From contig LT642149.1 in the NCBI GenBank assembly GCA_900128585.1, positions 1 to 64,000 of the forward strand: a stretch of 64,000 nt of DNA, written 5' to 3'. The position numbers were made by a program, and so were the translations under genes. The notes below the pieces were generated by a model. The model was not told where the DNA came from. It was given only the letters and a program-made list of their open reading frames with translations, and searched no databases. This stretch comes from Stramenopiles sp. TOSAG23-3 (Eukaryota). Below are positions 43,101 to 52,491 of this stretch, piece after piece (positions within the stretch are counted from its first letter, which is position 1; every line of letters starts with the position of its first letter).

Positions 43101-45058
43101 ACAACATAGACTCTTTGCTGTCATTGGTCAGTGTGAAAGCAAAAGGAGTTCTGGAATGCGAAGAATGCTCATTGTGGCTGGTAGAAGGCAATACGGAGAA
43201 AGTGCTGGTCATGCAACGAAATGAAACTTCCGGTGGGAACGGTTCAAAAAATTCGGCCAAGAGTATGGATAAGAAACGACTCAACGAGGGAATCATCGGG
43301 AAAGTTGCATTAACTAGAAAAACCAAGGTTATCAGTTCCGACCACGACCTTAGCAAGACGGATATCATGCATTCTCAAAAAAACATTGATGAAATCACCG
43401 GTGCCCTCTGCATTCCACTCATATCATCCCACGACGAAGTTCTTGGTGTCCTATTTGTAATCAATAAGCTGGGCGGTCGAGAATTTTTGGAAGAGGACCT
43501 AGCGCTCGCAGCGGCATTTTGCGCCCAAGCTACGACTGCCATAGAAAATGTAAGAATGTTTGAACATCTTGGGAAGCTTCGGCAATATTCGAAATCAATT
43601 GCCCCGACTACAAACAATTTTGTATTCACTCTAGATGTCCACGGACATCTCGTTCACGCAAGTCACGACCCAAAGTACGTACTTGGATTAGAGTTGGATT
43701 TTATGAAAGCGCATTCATACAAGCATTGGCTTGGGCACCGAAACCATGTGCTGGAACATCACCTGGAACAGGTTTACAAGAAAGAACTACCATGCTCAAT
43801 TAAACTTACGAATGCATCGTACCACAACCAGCACGGCCAGACGACAATAATGAATGCCGCGATTTCCCCCATTTTTTCTACAGAAATGGCCTTGGAGGGG
43901 ATCTCGGTTTGCTTAACGCAGATTAAACGCCACGCGACACTGGCAGTTCTTGAAGGCCGTATTCACAGTGGTGTAAAGAGAATTGCGTGGCCGAATGATC
44001 CGCAAAATAAAATTCCTCACCGATACATTCACACTGATAAAGAGCCCCCTCCCCCCTCGCTAGAATGCAACAATGTAGGGGTCGAAAGGAGCCACTTTGA
44101 TTCAAAGGCGTGCGTTCTGGCAATCACGATAGACTTAACGTTTGAAGAGGGTACTGGTCTAAATATGCACAGGAAAGCGCCGCCTACGTCGGAAAGCTAT
44201 CATATTTTACGGGACATAAAGCGGAGTACATTTGTTCCAGACGAAGAACAATTGAACAGCAAGGCGTCGGAGAAATTTTCCGGGGGCAATGCAGCCCGAA
44301 TTTCTGCCCAGGACTTCCTTGGGAAACTTCTGTTCGATATTTATTGTCTGGTGAATGAAAATGCAGGAACTATTGACAGAGTGTACAATTCAAAAACTAT
44401 AATTGCTATCTTTGGGACTAAAGGGCAACAGGACACCAAGTGGGCTGGTTATGCTTGCCAGACCGCGATCAAAGTGACTGACCTAGCCAAAGCTTTTCAA
44501 GTTGAACTGTCAGAGTATTATGAAAAGTATTACAACAACGCCACAATCTCCCCGCAACTGTCCGTTTCTTGTGGTTTGCACACCGGTGTTGTCCACATGT
44601 CTAAACCACTGGACACTGCAAACGAGACGGATGATATTGACGAAGACCAAGAAGAGGATGCGCCTCAAATTTTTCGTACAATGGAAGAAGATGTCGATCT
44701 ATCCATTGAAATGACTTTGCATGCACAGAGGCTAGGCGTTTCACATATTATATCTCCGCACGGAAGGGAGACATTCACAGAATTGATGAGTAGCAAGGAC
44801 TTGCTTATACGAAAAGTGGAAACTACATCGTCGCTAACGTTGCAGAGTTCCCTGGAGATTTTTGAATTGGTGGGTTATAAAGAACTTGGGGAGCACGATC
44901 CGGGATTTCTAAGGGCAATGAAATATTTCAAGACAGGTTTAGACGCGTACGAAAATGGTCAATATGATGGTGCTGCAATGAGGTTTCGGCAAGCATTGGC
45001 GTTGTCGCACGACAAGTTGACGGAAGACTACCTATTGCGCTGCGGAGAAAAAATGTAA
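40142..45058 (+). CDS. Coiled-coil + tandem GAF + PAS + degenerate class III cyclase + TPR-like protein
   Basis: GAF motifs (LNAERC..GIVGRV..LAIPM..GVVQVFNK; GVLFVINK..FLEEDL); FVFTLDVHG PAS start; GTIDR..IIAIFG, CGLHTGVV, IFELVG cyclase-like; FKTGLDAYENGQYDGAA..FRQAL. Confidence 0.82.
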   Translation: MSLRDELLRESKALASNLEDIKNVAGDTDLLRQTSRVLALAAKCVGIMGNDKPGAAYKPPESKALGRTLYTRDRRTTAETNTGYVGAFEGERNIASAFVSNREALSRKLVAQTTRADRMNHHAKVCMSKLSIESERFQRAEKLLESKLLVAQNDKKKLLRIGQRQEATIDEQARIIEGLKYKLKRRWDTDPIIDISPRTRNIAKNVVAKKKKSKKKSKVRGASATGVAAGKEDPSSLPPTHKSAELVPTRPAPASDVVEKEDQFEECIESANASFHRLCPFIFDNHELECRVIRQIEDAVKTAIANSDIEIEIQFGKGNNSSTETSSDMYGKSKTLKMRVRWRELDEDKSMLQACLLNQNREECVIVTLRAGEGGVQVIDRTGVEKVMLGLGSSLESFYYSSLLAKASQDCFHAAAVSKNSLELWEALESIISNCLSISECKLYQVDPDRGHLVRITKKIDDTVKEASRFTRKLQDSIFVNEVTHASKLKTVELRYKLSDGKCVFGKIGSTYRGYAIRVVRNREGEIAMHKLKDPNFVAYAPYNCVMVIPIFADNNAILGCIECMGNHEFTAKEQAFGAMLSSKVAVMITMNKKLENMKLQVKTKSLLLNALKPENLAKLSLPSLLETLTMKTKLVLNAERCVWYILDKDRGVLWSQLIREGKKIKLKLSSKGIVGRVFQTKSSINVRNVKEYLKEKHDSKDPLCIGETIVSKDYLSIVGSVKSTLAIPMIGEDKSIMGVVQVFNKQNSHFGFGAEDQTNLEIISRHGCVAIQNSFVLKEAHKSNSIGLDFTSDVKAVDVLNRVITLLLRDTHAEHAVIYMYNKEDHFMQLYNPRQKTNSEDNSGVVEWNSVSTDGLAGQCAATGATINVEDGTFKFDARVNKEVNRLVMGMQDATLALQHVTATLLEPVRNEKGNVIAVLQVINKNKTYSNRGAFSFDRIDCTRIHNIASQAAISLQNALLHEEAANSHWRMRELLDTSLSLTREHNIDSLLSLVSVKAKGVLECEECSLWLVEGNTEKVLVMQRNETSGGNGSKNSAKSMDKKRLNEGIIGKVALTRKTKVISSDHDLSKTDIMHSQKNIDEITGALCIPLISSHDEVLGVLFVINKLGGREFLEEDLALAAAFCAQATTAIENVRMFEHLGKLRQYSKSIAPTTNNFVFTLDVHGHLVHASHDPKYVLGLELDFMKAHSYKHWLGHRNHVLEHHLEQVYKKELPCSIKLTNASYHNQHGQTTIMNAAISPIFSTEMALEGISVCLTQIKRHATLAVLEGRIHSGVKRIAWPNDPQNKIPHRYIHTDKEPPPPSLECNNVGVERSHFDSKACVLAITIDLTFEEGTGLNMHRKAPPTSESYHILRDIKRSTFVPDEEQLNSKASEKFSGGNAARISAQDFLGKLLFDIYCLVNENAGTIDRVYNSKTIIAIFGTKGQQDTKWAGYACQTAIKVTDLAKAFQVELSEYYEKYYNNATISPQLSVSCGLHTGVVHMSKPLDTANETDDIDEDQEEDAPQIFRTMEEDVDLSIEMTLHAQRLGVSHIISPHGRETFTELMSSKDLLIRKVETTSSLTLQSSLEIFELVGYKELGEHDPGFLRAMKYFKTGLDAYENGQYDGAAMRFRQALALSHDKLTEDYLLRCGEKM

Positions 45059-45135
45059 TATCTTAAGATTCTTAAAGAAAAACGAAACCCAGCGATAAAC
45101 AATAGCAGAGATAAGTTCGAAGTACATGAAGGAAC

Positions 45136-45235
45136 GTAAACCTTTAATGGACAAAAGGAGCAGATTAATTTTCGCGGTACAAGTATGAGGAAGATAAATT
45201 GTTTTGTGTGATAACAGCCAATTTTTTGTTTTTAA
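45136..45235 (+). repeat. Dispersed repeat copy in a convergent spacer
   Basis: GTAAACCTTTAATGGACAAA..ATTTTCGCGGTAC..ATGAGGAAGATAAATT..AACAGCCAATTTTTTGTTTTTAA. Confidence 0.8.
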
Positions 45236-45329
45236 CTACTTTTTAACATACGAATTTTATTAACAGGACTTCTTAACCCTACCAAAATTTTTACACATTC
45301 TGTGTATGAGTGTGTGTCCTTAGATCTTT

Positions 45330-47501
45330 TCATTTAAACATTTTGCTAAGCTTTTTCCTCATCCTTTTCTTGTCCTTCTTAAGTAATATTTTTACCTTCC
45401 TTATGTTTTTCAAGACCACTTTATCATTAGGCGATATTGCACTGGCAAGTTTGAATTCGTTCAAGGCACTGTCGTACTGCTTCATCACACATGCAGCTTT
45501 CCCTCTTCTGTAGTGTGTTTTTGTGAGCTGAAAATTTTTCAATTTGTTGACTTCTTCGGCAAATTCTGGGATTTCTTTCACCAGACCTTCGTCAGGCTGT
45601 TCATAGTAAAGCCATTTTTCCATGCGTTTAAAAGGGGCACCAGAAGTTAATCTCTCAATAACTCTAGCTGTCCACTTGTTAAACAAAATGTACACAGATT
45701 TCAAACTCTCGCTCGCCAACTGGGACTGTTCTAAAGTACGTAGAACAATAGCTGTTTTATTCATTCCAGCTGAGTGGGTCCGGTTTTCTAAGCTTTGGAC
45801 AAGGTAACTCCACTTGTCCTCCTCTCCTGCATATTTTAATTGTCGATTACTCGCGTGTTTGATCGGAAAAGTCTCCATAAGTGCCATTTTATTTTCCTCG
45901 TTACTATCATGGTTGCCTAATTGTTGAACATGATAGACAATAGATTCGTAAGCTTCCATGGCTTTGTTTAAACACCCACGTTTGAAGTGTTTGTTACCTA
46001 TTTCTTTTAGTAGATCTAAAGCTTGAAAAAGACTACTTGGCCGTATCAATCGTGGCTCGAAAGGGACACCACGGATCATACTATCACTAAACCTTTTGAA
46101 GTAAACAAAATTCTCAATTTCACGGGAATGTGGGTAGCCTTTTGGTCGACCGCTGTTTGGTTGACCGCAAATCGAAATGAGGTCCGGGCTGGGCGGGCAT
46201 GCATATACACTTGCGGCATTGTCAATTCCATATGTCACTAGGTAGGGATACACAGGATGTGGAATGACCCCATTGCATATTCTAGAGTCTGCTTTAATTT
46301 TTTTCTCTATACTACCGGTCAAGGTGTTCCAGATTAAGGCATTACCGTCATCTGTTCCTGCCACCACGTACTCCTCTCTGGGCCCAAAGAACAAAGCCGT
46401 CTTCAAAAATGTATCACAGTTCTTTCCCCCAAAGTAAACCATATGGTGCGATTCTCCCGGCACATTGATCGGGTTATGGCCATCATAAAAGTCATAGTCC
46501 AGGTTTCCACCCAGCTTTATATTGTGAATGGACCCCTCCATCACATTTACCAAAAGCCGACTTCCTTCCTCGTTGAATTTTACACAGCTTATAGATTTAC
46601 CCCTGTTATCCAGATCTCTTTGTTCTTCCTCGTCCGGGTACAAATCAATCTTCTTTATCCGCCTGTCTAGCCTTCGGCGATCGTATAGGTGGATGACTGG
46701 GCCAGCGGTTCCGCCAATAGCAAGTAAGGTTCCATTGGGATGAAAATCTATTGCCCTAACGTCCGCCGAATACGACGTACCCGGAGAAGAGTCTGAAAAA
46801 CTGTCATGAAAAGATATCTTACCAACAGTCCCGACGTTGGAATTTTCACTTGCGGTGCGCAAATCTAAGAATCGACAAACCCCGCCTTGTTCTGCTGTTG
46901 CTAACTGATTACCGTTCGTTTGGGGCACAAATTTAAACATATGCATGATCCCATCGTTGTCAGTTGCAGAAACACTTTCTGAAGGAATGGCTTTGTCGAC
47001 AGAGACCCTCCGCAGCTCACCGTCCATGGCACACGTGTAAAACATATCCTTATTCCTCGGCGACTGCTCAACGCAAAACACGTTCCCTCTGTGCCCAGTT
47101 TCAAGCGTTGCTCTAAGACTAGTGTTCCTCGAGGGTATGACGGACCAAATTTTAACGAGCCTATCGTCGCTTCCAGTTGCGAGATGCACTAAATCATTGG
47201 ACCAGCTTGCACAGTTGACGCAGCCACCATGTTGCAACGGACTCGCCCGCCAAAGGCAAAGATTGACTATGTCTTGGGGGGCAAAGCCCTGGGAGTATTG
47301 AAGCTTTGCAGGTGCTTGAGCAAGCTTGAAAGTGAAGTAGGGGGACTTGAATAGTTCAGACAGCGGTCGTACGGGCATACCCTTTCTCAATTCATCCGAA
47401 GGCTCGCAGGATGTCTTGAACCGCTCACTGTATAGCGAAGGCCTGAGACCCAGCTCCCGGGAGAAAAAAAATCTTCTTGCGCGGGGATCGGACTTGGGCA
47501 T
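45330..47501 (-). CDS. DCAF-type WD40 protein with C-terminal TPR (WDTC1/DCAF6/DCAF8-like)
   Basis: H-box-like FSRELG, HGGCVN..LATGSDD, GHRGNVF, LYDRR, YVVAGTDDG..IW, ADSRICN..PHP..GID; TPR LKEIGNKHFK, KTHYRRGKA. Confidence 0.85.
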   Translation of the reverse strand: MPKSDPRARRFFFSRELGLRPSLYSERFKTSCEPSDELRKGMPVRPLSELFKSPYFTFKLAQAPAKLQYSQGFAPQDIVNLCLWRASPLQHGGCVNCASWSNDLVHLATGSDDRLVKIWSVIPSRNTSLRATLETGHRGNVFCVEQSPRNKDMFYTCAMDGELRRVSVDKAIPSESVSATDNDGIMHMFKFVPQTNGNQLATAEQGGVCRFLDLRTASENSNVGTVGKISFHDSFSDSSPGTSYSADVRAIDFHPNGTLLAIGGTAGPVIHLYDRRRLDRRIKKIDLYPDEEEQRDLDNRGKSISCVKFNEEGSRLLVNVMEGSIHNIKLGGNLDYDFYDGHNPINVPGESHHMVYFGGKNCDTFLKTALFFGPREEYVVAGTDDGNALIWNTLTGSIEKKIKADSRICNGVIPHPVYPYLVTYGIDNAASVYACPPSPDLISICGQPNSGRPKGYPHSREIENFVYFKRFSDSMIRGVPFEPRLIRPSSLFQALDLLKEIGNKHFKRGCLNKAMEAYESIVYHVQQLGNHDSNEENKMALMETFPIKHASNRQLKYAGEEDKWSYLVQSLENRTHSAGMNKTAIVLRTLEQSQLASESLKSVYILFNKWTARVIERLTSGAPFKRMEKWLYYEQPDEGLVKEIPEFAEEVNKLKNFQLTKTHYRRGKAACVMKQYDSALNEFKLASAISPNDKVVLKNIRKVKILLKKDKKRMRKKLSKMFK

Positions 47502-47835
47502 AAAGACCTCAAAAGGATGTACTCTTAAGCCGTTCTCCTGCTGGGTTCTACTTTATTGACAAATTGGTGTTGTTTCTGGTTGATCTTGTTTGTGTTTGGT
47601 ACAATCAGGTCTTTTAAATTTACTCATGAATTGACAATGTTCTTTGTATACAGTCCATGTATCTATAATTTGACTCTAAATGCAATCGACGAATAATTAT
47701 TTGCGCGGCGAGAAAAAAATTCTTCCTCCTTCTTCTTCTTCCTGTTACTTTATGGTTGTTAGTAATTAGGGTTTAAAAAATAATATATTAGTCAGTTCTA
47801 TACAAATAAAATGATGACGCTGCCTCTCAATTCGC

Positions 47836-48672
47836 TTACACGCCACTGCGCGGGGATAGGAGCAGCAAAGGATCAGTACCAGTCTTGGTAACAAAATCAT
47901 AGACAAGCCTCGTAATGTTCGGGTCGTCCCCGTCCTCATCATCATCCACGTCGCTTTCGTCTTGTGCGCTGTGCTTGGCGTCTTCATCCTCCTCCTCTGG
48001 GGGCTCCTCGTTACCGCCATCCTCATCGGACTCGTCATCGGACCCTTTGGGGGGTTTTATTTTAGACGCTGTAAGGTGGCTGAGGGGCGAGATTTCTACC
48101 TCTTTTGCAGTCCCAACAAACCCAAGCTGTTCCAAAGTTAAGGCGTCCCCTTCAAGAAGGTTCTGTGGCGAGTTGTTATCTTTCCATACACTAATTTTCT
48201 CTGTTGGACCGTGGCGCTTTGTTATCAAACGCTTAATGCTCCGTAGCGTTGTCCGCAAGTCCATTTCGATGCCTTCCTCGGGCCACATCGATCTAGAAAA
48301 TTTCCAATTCAACAGAACAGGTTTAACGCGAACGACTTTTCGAGGAGGGTTCACTTCAAAGGGAATGACGTATTCTTCCCCCTCTTCCCCCGAGCTTTTC
48401 TTTTTCTTCCCTTTTTTCTTTTTGCCGCCCTTCTTCTTCTTCCCTCCACCGTGCAGGCCCAGGCGCAATTTTATGCTCGCGCCAGAAAAGAGGTTTATGG
48501 AATCTACTGTTTCCCCGTCTTGCAGCTGTTTGCCGTGCAAGTATAGACTCTGGAGGCTTTCAGGTATTCCAGTTTTGTGCATAATCTGTCCCTTCAGCAC
48601 CGAGACCGACGCACTCGGTTCGGACCATAGCACTTGCGCGGCCCCCCCAGCAACGTCAACAAAAAACTGCAT
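47836..48672 (-). CDS. Ubiquitin-like leader fused to a Lys-rich/acidic uncharacterised protein
   Basis: MQFFV..GIP..Q.L...GKQLQDG..LRLGLHGG is exactly 76 aa from ATG 48672, followed by GKKKKGGKKKK, a globular segment and a D/E tract. Confidence 0.8.
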   Translation of the reverse strand: MQFFVDVAGGAAQVLWSEPSASVSVLKGQIMHKTGIPESLQSLYLHGKQLQDGETVDSINLFSGASIKLRLGLHGGGKKKKGGKKKKGKKKKSSGEEGEEYVIPFEVNPPRKVVRVKPVLLNWKFSRSMWPEEGIEMDLRTTLRSIKRLITKRHGPTEKISVWKDNNSPQNLLEGDALTLEQLGFVGTAKEVEISPLSHLTASKIKPPKGSDDESDEDGGNEEPPEEEDEDAKHSAQDESDVDDDEDGDDPNITRLVYDFVTKTGTDPLLLLSPRSGV

Positions 48673-49740
48673 GCTCAATGTTTCCCAAGACAAAGTAAGA
48701 TACTGTACAAGTGATTTTTATGTATTGAGTTAATAGATTCTGCGCACGAGAAGAGATTATAAAAACCGCGTTGAACGAATACAGTTGAACCCTTGTTGGA
48801 GATGGATTAGTTGCGCAGAGACTGTTTCAGTTTCTTACTACGTGCATCCCGCCGCGCTGCTCGCTGCTTTTTTGTTTGCTGTTTCTCTGTATGGTAGTAG
48901 TAGTACCATTGGAATATATATAATAATAATAATAATAATAATACGAGAAAAAACGAGAAGACGACAAATAGACTAAAAATTGGAATGGTATATACTACAC
49001 TACGTACACAGCATTAACAAAGATTCGTTACTTCTTCAACATCCTCCTGCCGCCTATTACCATATTAGACAGACTATAATACTAGTTATTTTATTTGCTA
49101 TTTTTATATATTCTACTCTAACTCTACTGGTAGGTAGGTAGTCAGTCTAGTCAACCACAGCTGAATACAAACGAAGCGAAGCCAAACTGCAACCGGGTAG
49201 ATAGATAGAACTGACTAGTATACGTAGTTATAGAACGACTATACTATTAGAAATGAAGGGGAAAAAGAAATAATAGGAAAAAACAAATAGCATTACTACA
49301 GTACCAGGTATTAAAAAAAACCAGTAACCAACTCGAACTGGTACGGAAACGGGTACTGTATTATACGGGTACGGTCGTCTTTAAAACGAAGCATCAACAG
49401 CCGAAGTGAAATTCGTACGAAGTCGTTCTACGAGTACGAGGACTGTCGCGTACGTAATTAAAGCTTTAAACAAATAAATAGAAAGAAGAGAGGAGAGTAG
49501 GAGGAAAAAGTTAAAAAAATTTGAATACCAACCACCATCTCCACCCACTAGAAGTACATTTTGATAGGTTTATTTTAATATTTAGTATATGAAGACTAAA
49601 TAATAGACGACTTACTTATAAAAAGTGGGTTTTTTGATTTAAATAATTCAGTGCTATTTATATGTAAAATTAGATTTATTCTGATTTGTTGTATTTTATT
49701 TTATTAAATAGAAATACTACCGGTAGTACGAGTACAACCA

Positions 49741-49828
49741 AAGAAGAAGAAGAAGAAGAAGAAGAAGAAGAAGAAGAAGAAGAAGAAGAAGAAGAAGAAA
49801 AAGAAGAAAAAGAAGAAGAAGAAGAAGA
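49741..49828. repeat. (GAA)n microsatellite
   Basis: Direct trinucleotide run. Confidence 0.95.
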
Positions 49829-50231
49829 CAAAATAAAAAATTTATTACACAGTATAATACTGTATTAAATAATATTAATCATCTCTTCTTTTTTTTTTTT
49901 TTCTTCTTTTTTTTTATTTTTTATTATTATTATATTTATTTAAAAATTGTTTTTTCCAATTTTGTTACAAATAATAACTAAGTAAAAGACAAATTGAGCA
50001 AATGGATTTGAACAGGCTAATAAAGGAATCGTTGTTGGTGTTCGGGTGCAGGGTAATACAAGCATTTGCGGATTTATCTCATTGCGCATTAATACGTGAA
50101 AAATATTTTTGGGAGGTATTGCTACCGTTCGATTGTCCTCCCGAATCAGTGGTTCCTTTTCCATTTTTCGTTGGGCCGTTTGTTCCTCCTAGTTAGTCTC
50201 TTACCGTCCCACGTTCTCGCCGAGGGGGGAA

Positions 50232-52037
50232 ATGTCGGCCTTGTCTTTGTCTTCCAGCAGTATTGATCCTGAAAATGATGCCACGTTTTCAAACGAAAAG
50301 TCCGTTTCAACTCCGTCGGATGACGGCCATCGCAGAGAAGAGACCCGGGACGAGTTAGTCTTGCACGTCAGGCAGTGCATAGGGCCGGCCAGCCCTATCC
50401 AGAAATCGGGAAAGAACGGGACGACGATCGAGCTAGACGGTTTCAGCATACATGGCGTGGTTGGCCGGGGAAAGTTTTCAACCGTTTATTTAGCCACGCG
50501 AAAGTCCGACGGCCTTACCGTGGCCCTGAAGAAAATAAAGTTAGGGGTGGGGGAGGAAAGCCGGGTCCGGCAAAAGTGCCTGCGGGAAGTGCAGCTGTTG
50601 CAGTCGCTGGACCATCCGAACATAATTCGGTACCTTGATTCCTTTCTGGCCCACCCAGGCAGCCTGGGAATTGTGCTGGAGTGGGCTACTGCCGGGGACT
50701 TACGGAAGCATATAGGAAACATCAGGGCGAGGGGGGTGACGCTCCCCGAGCCGGTGATTTGGAAATCGTTCATTCAAATTTGCAACGCCCTAGCGCACAT
50801 GCACGAAAAGCGAGTGTTGCACCGAGATTTAAAACCGGCAAACATATTTTTGATGAAGGACGGGTCGCTTAAAGTTGGAGACCTGGGGCTGGGCAGGACC
50901 CTGAGCGACGATACACCCGAAGCATTTTCCAAGGTAGGAACTCCGCTGTACATGTCCCCCGAGTCTTTGAAGGGGGAGCCCTACGACGAGAAAAGTGATA
51001 TTTGGAGCCTTGGGTGCATTCTGTACGAGATGGCCATGCTCCGGTCGCCCTTCAAAGAGCCAGGGCTAAAAATGTTTCAACTTTTTGAAATCATCGTAAA
51101 GGGAACGTATCCGCCCATCCCCGAAAGTGCATTCTCCTCTTTTTTGATCAAACTGGTCGGCCTAATGCTGTCCGTAAACCCGGCCGATCGCCCTGACGTG
51201 TTGCGGGCACGGACCATTGCAATGCTCTCGCTTACCGAGTGCATAAACACCGGCGTGCAGACACTTTCAAAGATGGGAACCGTTCCCGTAATGGCTTCGT
51301 ACAAGCCCCAAGCGTACCCTAGAAAAAAGTCACTATCATCGTCCTTGGGCGAAAGCGTGAGCAGACACTTCGCCTCCACGGGGAATCACGAGAGCGACCT
51401 CAGCAGCAATAGTTCGTGTGGCGGTGGGGCAAGTAGCTACCGAAGCAACAGCAACTCCAGTGCTGGCTCCAGCGGCGCGGGAAGCGACCGATCGCAAAAA
51501 AATGCAATCTGGGACTCGCCGAATTTGACGCAAAGGGAAAAGGATCTAATGCGACGGGCGTATTTGGTAGGTAGCGAGAGCAGCAAGAGCATGAAAGATG
51601 TCACCGTTGCTTGGAAAGTAGTAGAAGAAGCCGCGGAAAAATTCGCGGCGAAGTCCGCAGCAGAGGACACGACGGCGTTGGGCGGGCCAGGTGCGCCGCT
51701 ACACCCGTCGGAGAATACCAGCAACGTGCCGCTGAAGTCCTTAATGAAGAAAACATCTCCAATAGCCATTTCCAAGAAACATCCAATGCCGCACAAACTA
51801 TACCAAGAACCCTTGCTTCAGACGTTTACTCCGACGGGCCCGAAAAAGCATTTGGGAAGGAAAAAAATGGGATCCCCGCCAATTTTGCCGCCTTTAGGAG
51901 GCATGGAAAAGGGGCCCGCCGCGAATCTAGCGACCTTTAATACTTTTCCTGCCGAAAGAGAATCGTTTGGTCTCCACGACCGTCCCGTCAAATCTAAGAA
52001 AGGGGTTGTCTCGTCCTTTGCGGACATGGCAATTTAA
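50232..52037 (+). CDS. NEK-family Ser/Thr kinase (NEK6/7-like)
   Basis: GRGKFSTVY, VALKKI, IVLEWATAGDL, HRDLKPANIF, GDLGLGR, VGTPLYMSPE, KSDIWSLGC. Confidence 0.92.
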   Translation: MSALSLSSSSIDPENDATFSNEKSVSTPSDDGHRREETRDELVLHVRQCIGPASPIQKSGKNGTTIELDGFSIHGVVGRGKFSTVYLATRKSDGLTVALKKIKLGVGEESRVRQKCLREVQLLQSLDHPNIIRYLDSFLAHPGSLGIVLEWATAGDLRKHIGNIRARGVTLPEPVIWKSFIQICNALAHMHEKRVLHRDLKPANIFLMKDGSLKVGDLGLGRTLSDDTPEAFSKVGTPLYMSPESLKGEPYDEKSDIWSLGCILYEMAMLRSPFKEPGLKMFQLFEIIVKGTYPPIPESAFSSFLIKLVGLMLSVNPADRPDVLRARTIAMLSLTECINTGVQTLSKMGTVPVMASYKPQAYPRKKSLSSSLGESVSRHFASTGNHESDLSSNSSCGGGASSYRSNSNSSAGSSGAGSDRSQKNAIWDSPNLTQREKDLMRRAYLVGSESSKSMKDVTVAWKVVEEAAEKFAAKSAAEDTTALGGPGAPLHPSENTSNVPLKSLMKKTSPIAISKKHPMPHKLYQEPLLQTFTPTGPKKHLGRKKMGSPPILPPLGGMEKGPAANLATFNTFPAERESFGLHDRPVKSKKGVVSSFADMAI

Positions 52038-52202
52038 GAAGATGTTATAGACACGATTGTTTTTCTGAAACTACGAGGAGGTGCCACAAACATACCTAAA
52101 CATTACTTCGTAATTGAGATAAAATGAGAGTCTTATAAAGCATACTATATAAAAAAAATATATATATATTTATTATATATCATAGTATCTTATCATATGT
52201 TT

Positions 52203-52430
52203 TAAGTCAAAAAACAAATTATATAGTATGTTTTAAGACTCTCATTTTAAATCAATTACTATTTCAGTTTACACTATATAAATTTGTTTTTTTACCTAAG
52301 ATTTACTACACGAATAAGAGATTTAAAGTAAACCTCTAATGGACAAATGCTGCGTAGATTCATTTTCGCGGTGTATATGAGGAAGCTAAATTTTAATTAC
52401 TTAAAAAAACAGCCAATTTTTTGTTCTTAA
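52203..52430. repeat. Longest copy of the dispersed repeat family
   Basis: 52203-52261 matches 24605-24703; 52328-52430 matches 45136-45235 and 10103-10178. Confidence 0.8.
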
Positions 52431-52491
52431 GATTACATCTCATGCGCGGACAAAAACTTTATGGTGCAAGTGCAGAGTGCGTTCTCGTACA

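Noticed and set aside
47915-48733. Long antisense ORFs (also 23647-24312, 27430-28041, 31425-32159)
   Set aside because: Shadows of real genes on the opposite strand, with no motifs
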